From Candidatus Omnitrophota bacterium (GTDB lineage: Bacteria; Omnitrophota; Gorgyraeia; Duberdicusellales; 4484-171), in contig JAQUWY010000005.1 in NCBI GenBank assembly GCA_028692655.1, forward strand, positions 3,789 to 67,788: a stretch of 64,000 bases of DNA, in the 5' to 3' direction. Position 1 is the stretch's first letter, and each line of letters begins with the position of its first letter. Both the position numbers and the translations under genes were made by a program. Positions 60,410 to 64,000 of the stretch are shown here, in pieces. The notes beneath the pieces are model-generated. The model had not been told where the DNA came from. It made no database searches and saw nothing but the letters and a program-made list of their open reading frames with translations.

Positions 60410-60489
60410 TTTTCTTACTCCAAATAAAAAAGGGCTGCCTTTGTCTATTTTAAAGAAGACTTTCGGCAGCCTGGTCATCCTCGACGCTA

Positions 60490-60670
60490 ATTATCGCTAA
60501 TCAAACGCAAATAACTGCTAATATCTTATTCGCGTAAATTAGCATTGATTCGTGTCCATTCGCGCTTTAAAGGATCCGTGGCTTTGCCACAGCACAACAA
60601 TTAATTCTGTGCTGGGTCTCGGCATATACTTTTATATGCCTGACGCTCTAGAGTTTCCTCTAGTTGGCCT
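60490..60670 (-). promoter_or_regulatory. Upstream leader module, copy C (upstream of the pilin operon). GCTAAT-type direct repeats replace CGCAGAT.
   Basis: The core cattcgcgctttaaaggatccgtggctttgcc and three hairpins (cagcacaacaattaattctgtgctg; ggcatatacttttatatgcc; ctctagagtttcctctag) are present. Confidence 0.55.
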
Positions 60671-60765
60671 TTTCGTTGCCTCCCCTGATACCACCTTAAT
60701 ATACCATAGATAATATAGGTATTTCAAGCCAGCAATCACCCCTTGGTGAAAACGTTTTCATTGGT

Positions 60766-62211
60766 TTAAGCCAAAAATACCCGTTTTCCATCTGCGTAAA
60801 AATTAAATTCATTGAATTTTTTCTTAAGTCCTTGCGGCACTTGAGCTAACCTAATAATTATGTAATTTTTGCCCTTTACTAGACTACCCCTTTTATCTTT
60901 AGGCTCCCAACCCCAAACGATTTCCTTAAATATAATCGATAAAATCTGCCCAACTCTAACAAAATCAATGGGTTGGGAAAATTTTAGTCTTTTAGGCACA
61001 AGTTTTTCAAAAGGATTTTTTGTTACTAAGTCCTTAAAAAGAAACTTATCTATATATTCCATATCTTTTAAGAAATTTTCTTCGGTGTTCGGCCAGTTAT
61101 AAAGATATTGCTTTAGAAGCGAAGCGACAATTTCTTTTTTGTCAGGTAAAATTTTTGTAGAAATCAGGCCCCATCCGGGTAAAATTTTTTTATCTTTCTT
61201 GATTAAAATAGAGTGAAGGCTTAAGCTTGAGCCTTTTTTAGCCTGAAGAAATTTTATAAGGCTGTGGGAAGCAAAGAACTCGCCCAATTCCGGCCAAAAA
61301 AATCGTTTGAACTTTTTAGTCCTTTGAAGAAAAACCAGAGTTTTTGCCATAATTTTAGGATAATATCCAAAACATGCCCCAATACCCTCGGTTGTTACTT
61401 CAATACGCTTCAGACACTTGCCACCGGGAGCCAGGAACTCTATATTTTTTAGCCCGCTTTCAAGCCCCTTAATAAAATCCGAAGCAAGTAAAGAAAGGTA
61501 TCCAAAACTTTTCGTATAACCTAAAATAAAAGTTTTATTAGCCAACATTTGGCTTACTATTTTTTGGGCCGGGGCAAGAGGAAGAAAAAATTTGTCTATT
61601 TTGCAAGGTTCTTCCCAGAAAGTCGTAAGTTTTCCGTCGCAATAACTGACGCGGCCGTTTTTAAAATAAAATTTGCAGGTAGCAACCAATTCTAAGGATT
61701 TCCTGAGCCTCTCTGTTCCTATCGTTGGAGAATTTTCCATTATCTTGTTATTAAAATAATCTATTTTGGGCCCGGGAAAATACCGCAGGCTCATCAGGCG
61801 CAGGAACCCTTGCGCTTTTGCGTTTTCTTTAAAATCCTTTCCGGAAAGAAAACAAAGGCTCTCTAAAAGAATAATCCGCTTAAGAATCTGTTTAGAAAGC
61901 TTTGGAAAGTATACTTTGAGCTCTTCGATCAAGTGTTCTGATAACCCTATATATTCATCTAAAGCATACAAGAGCATAAGCCCGCAGGGCTTTATATCCT
62001 TTATTTGGTAGCGCCTTGAAGCTATTTTGGGGCCGGGAGCTAAAGAGAAATGATGTTTCTTAAGAATTGAATGCAAAGTACTTTTTGAAATATCTATATT
62101 ATATTTTTTAGAAAGAAAATCAGCGAACTCCCTGACTCCCAGAGAAGCCGCCTTTTTTTTATTGCGCAGGATAATTATTTTATCCTTTGAATCCAATTTT
62201 TTATGAATCAC
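60766..62211 (-). CDS. HTH-domain protein of 481 aa, possibly a transposase-like protein.
   Basis: N-terminal helix-turn-helix-like segment (AASLGVREFADFLSKKYNIDISKSTLHSILKK). I could not recognise a DDE triad. Confidence 0.3.
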   Translation of the reverse strand: MIHKKLDSKDKIIILRNKKKAASLGVREFADFLSKKYNIDISKSTLHSILKKHHFSLAPGPKIASRRYQIKDIKPCGLMLLYALDEYIGLSEHLIEELKVYFPKLSKQILKRIILLESLCFLSGKDFKENAKAQGFLRLMSLRYFPGPKIDYFNNKIMENSPTIGTERLRKSLELVATCKFYFKNGRVSYCDGKLTTFWEEPCKIDKFFLPLAPAQKIVSQMLANKTFILGYTKSFGYLSLLASDFIKGLESGLKNIEFLAPGGKCLKRIEVTTEGIGACFGYYPKIMAKTLVFLQRTKKFKRFFWPELGEFFASHSLIKFLQAKKGSSLSLHSILIKKDKKILPGWGLISTKILPDKKEIVASLLKQYLYNWPNTEENFLKDMEYIDKFLFKDLVTKNPFEKLVPKRLKFSQPIDFVRVGQILSIIFKEIVWGWEPKDKRGSLVKGKNYIIIRLAQVPQGLKKKFNEFNFYADGKRVFLA

Positions 62212-62344
62212 GTATACCTATGCCTCCTTAAGATAATTTCTATTATATCAAATATTCTAATAACTGATAATTGATAATTTAAGAAAAGCTCATAGTCAAC
62301 AGTCCATGATCTATAGACTATACAGATTAAGGCTAAGGTTGAGA

Positions 62345-62440
62345 AAGACAGAAAAACCGAAAAACCAAAGAACCGAAAAACGGAAGAACTAAAAACTAAA
62401 AGACCAAAAAACGGAAAAAACATAAAAACTAACTAAGTTA
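62345..62440. repeat. Phased A-tract region (AAAAACYRRAA periodicity ~10-11 bp). Likely intrinsically bent DNA upstream of the 60766..62211 gene.
   Basis: gaaaaaccgaaaaaccaaagaaccgaaaaacggaagaactaaaaactaaaagaccaaaaaacggaaaaaacataaaaac. Confidence 0.6.
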
Positions 62441-62491
62441 AAACCTTGCCTACCGGCAGGCAGGCGCTAACCGAAAACCGAAAGAACATTT

Positions 62492-62549
62492 CTTTAGTAG
62501 AAATACGGTAGAAATATGTGGAAATACATAGAAATAGATTGTTTAGATA
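62492..62549. repeat. GAAATA-phased repeat element, copy 2.
   Basis: ctttagtaGAAATAcggtaGAAATAtgtgGAAATAcataGAAATAgattgtttagata. The motifs sit at 10-11 bp spacing. Confidence 0.7.
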
Positions 62550-62550
62550 A

Positions 62551-62880
62551 AATTCCAATAATCCCAATACTACCAATACTACCAAATAAATCCCAAATCC
62601 AAAATTCCAAACATTCTTATAGAAATACGATAGAAATATATGGAAATACGTAGAAATAGGTTGTTTAGATATGGGTGCAAAGAGAATAGACTGCTTTGTT
62701 TAGAATTTAGGATTTTGAATTTGTTTAGAGTTTAGGATTTAGAATTTTTTTAATCTTTGCCTTAGCCTTTGCCTATACCCGTTTCTATCAGCTTACAACT
62801 TATAGCTTAAAGCTGTTTCTGTTTGGGATTTTGAATTTGGGATTTGGTATTATTGGGATTTTGGATTTTCTGGTGTACTG
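62551..62880. repeat. Imperfect inverted-repeat pair of GGATTTTG/CAAAATCC-rich low-complexity DNA (62551-62616 versus 62821-62880). It flanks GAAATA copy 3 and a CCTTAGCCTTTGCC motif.
   Basis: The reverse complement of 62821-62870 resembles 62560-62612 at about 70-75% identity. Confidence 0.4.
62616..62671. repeat. GAAATA-phased repeat element, copy 3.
   Basis: cttataGAAATAcgataGAAATAtatgGAAATAcgtaGAAATAggttgtttagata. Confidence 0.7.
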
Positions 62881-62916
62881 GTGACTGGTGCGCTGGTGTC
62901 TTATGGCTGGTATTGC

Positions 62917-64000
62917 TTATTCCGATTCTGCCGCAAGCAGTGCACGCAAAGAAATATTACCAGAACCATCGCTATTATCCTTGTTATCAGAGGGTTTAAT
63001 TATTATCGTTCCCGGCTGAAGAGAGCGATTATCACTTTGTAAAACTTTTATCGGAGCTTGAGTAGAAAGTCCTTGAGTTTGATTAGGGTTTAGCTCCAAA
63101 ACATTGGCGCTGCTTTGGATTAAGCTGCTTAAACCCTGGATTCCATCAGCAGAAACTTTAAAGGTAAACTGCTCCTGGCCAATTTTTAAAGGAGCTTTAG
63201 CAATAATTCTTTCTTGGGAAGCAAGGTTAACAAACGAGGGCTGTATGGCAACTCCCATCTGTTTGTTGGCTTCGGCTAACCTACCTAGAGAAGGGCTCAA
63301 GCCAGCCTGCATTTTTGGATTAAGAGCCCCCAGGCGAGAAAATGGTGAATTAAGTTTGCCATTCATAGCCGGATTAACATTAGCCAACCGGGTAAGTGAA
63401 GAATTTAGGCCTCCTGACATCTTCGGGCTTAGTTCCGCCATTCGACTAAAACCAGACTTTAGCGCTCCTGTCATATTGGCGTTTATATTTGCCATTTTGG
63501 TAAAAGAAGGGCTAAGCTGGCCGCCTAAAGTTGGATTTACATCCGCCATTTTAGTAAAAGCGGGTTTCAAGCCTGCCGACATAGAAGAAATATTAGCCAT
63601 GCGCTCAAAAGAAGGCTTAATCATACCTCCCATAGCATTTGTATTGGCCATACGCTCGAAGGCAGGGTTTACTGCGCCGCTGATACCTGAGCTTATATTA
63701 GCCATTTTCTCAAAAGAAGGTTTAATCATACCTCCCATATTTGAACCGATATTGGCCATTTTAGTAAAAGTAGGTTTAAACTCTCCGGACATGGAAGAAT
63801 TTAGATTAGCCATTCTCTCGAAAGACGGCTTTACCATCCCTCCCATACTAGAACCAATGTTGGCCATTTTCTCAAAAGAAGGCTTAATCATTGCCCCCAT
63901 AGAGCCAGGATTAGCCATTCGTTCAAAGGCAGGCTTTACCATACCATTCATGTTTGAGCCAATATTGGCCATTTTTTCAAGTGCCGGGTTAGCAACACCG
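62917..64000 (-). CDS. KPSFEKMAN-repeat secreted-protein family member. 3' end complete (TAA 62917-62919); the 5' end runs off the window.
   Basis: The track lists 62917..63972 as '+', but the protein MANIGSNMNG...LRALLAAESE is only obtained from the reverse complement. The stop is the reverse complement of tta at 62917-62919. There are 17-aa repeats MIKPSFEKMANIGSxMGG. Confidence 0.75.
   Translation of the reverse strand, partial: GVANPALEKMANIGSNMNGMVKPAFERMANPGSMGAMIKPSFEKMANIGSSMGGMVKPSFERMANLNSSMSGEFKPTFTKMANIGSNMGGMIKPSFEKMANISSGISGAVNPAFERMANTNAMGGMIKPSFERMANISSMSAGLKPAFTKMADVNPTLGGQLSPSFTKMANINANMTGALKSGFSRMAELSPKMSGGLNSSLTRLANVNPAMNGKLNSPFSRLGALNPKMQAGLSPSLGRLAEANKQMGVAIQPSFVNLASQERIIAKAPLKIGQEQFTFKVSADGIQGLSSLIQSSANVLELNPNQTQGLSTQAPIKVLQSDNRSLQPGTIIIKPSDNKDNSDGSGNISLRALLAAESE

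Noticed and set aside
62492-62671. Possible CRISPR array suggested by the regularly spaced GAAATA repeats.
   Set aside because: The repeat units are 10-11 bp with no unique spacers of uniform length. The whole 55-bp block is itself duplicated and there are no cas genes. These are iteron-like or phased repeats, not CRISPR.

Overview
This is a low-GC window in which every gene I can support is on the minus strand. No rRNA, tRNA or CRISPR array is supportable.

1. Positions 1..42731 hold one continuous minus-strand reading frame of more than 14,200 codons, which is absent from the supplied ORF track. I checked this by hand at many points. The plus-strand ORFs listed across 1..43000 are antisense artefacts of this frame. 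Its ATG is at 42729-42731 and the protein has an N-terminal signal/TM segment. I verified several domains directly from the sequence: a SecA/SF2-like P-loop (LEAGGGKTV ... VDEIH) at about 31.8-32.1 kb; a TM helix followed by a thioredoxin WCGPC domain at about 23.2-23.7 kb; a GHKL/HATPase_c-like domain at 15.6-16.0 kb; and near-identical tandem 555-bp repeat units at 6.0-7.1 kb. The frame continues past position 1.

2. A stretch inside this frame (about 23.68-24.56 kb) looks like a fossil intergenic spacer that now reads in frame. It carries the same promoter-module motifs found in true intergenic regions, a 59-bp palindrome with a second copy at 13291-13345, and a (TCGTATA)n heptamer tract.

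3. Positions 42.8-50.3 kb carry a GIY-YIG gene and a set of signal-peptide proteins. These include a paralog pair and a family built from 17-aa KPSFxKxAN repeats ending in a conserved AAEEE C-terminus (a third member runs off the window end at 62917..64000).

4. Positions 51.0-60.5 kb hold a Tad/Flp-like pilus locus: TadC-like, TadB-like, a TPR lipoprotein, a TadE/G-like Cys-rich protein, a TadE-like pseudopilin and at least 10 tandem Flp-type pilin paralogs. The pilins share an unusual [KR]-A|Q-S-x-L-E-Y class-III signal motif. No ATPase, secretin or prepilin peptidase lies in the window.

5. The intergenic regions are built from reusable modules. A roughly 225-bp conserved leader with CGCAGAT direct repeats and three hairpins showing compensatory base changes sits upstream of four minus-strand genes. 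It is always followed by a terminator-like hairpin plus U-tract immediately before a conserved AGGGGAGG SD. There are also GAAATA-phased direct repeats, CCTYRR hexamer arrays, phased A-tracts and a bidirectional-terminator hairpin, each present in two or three copies.
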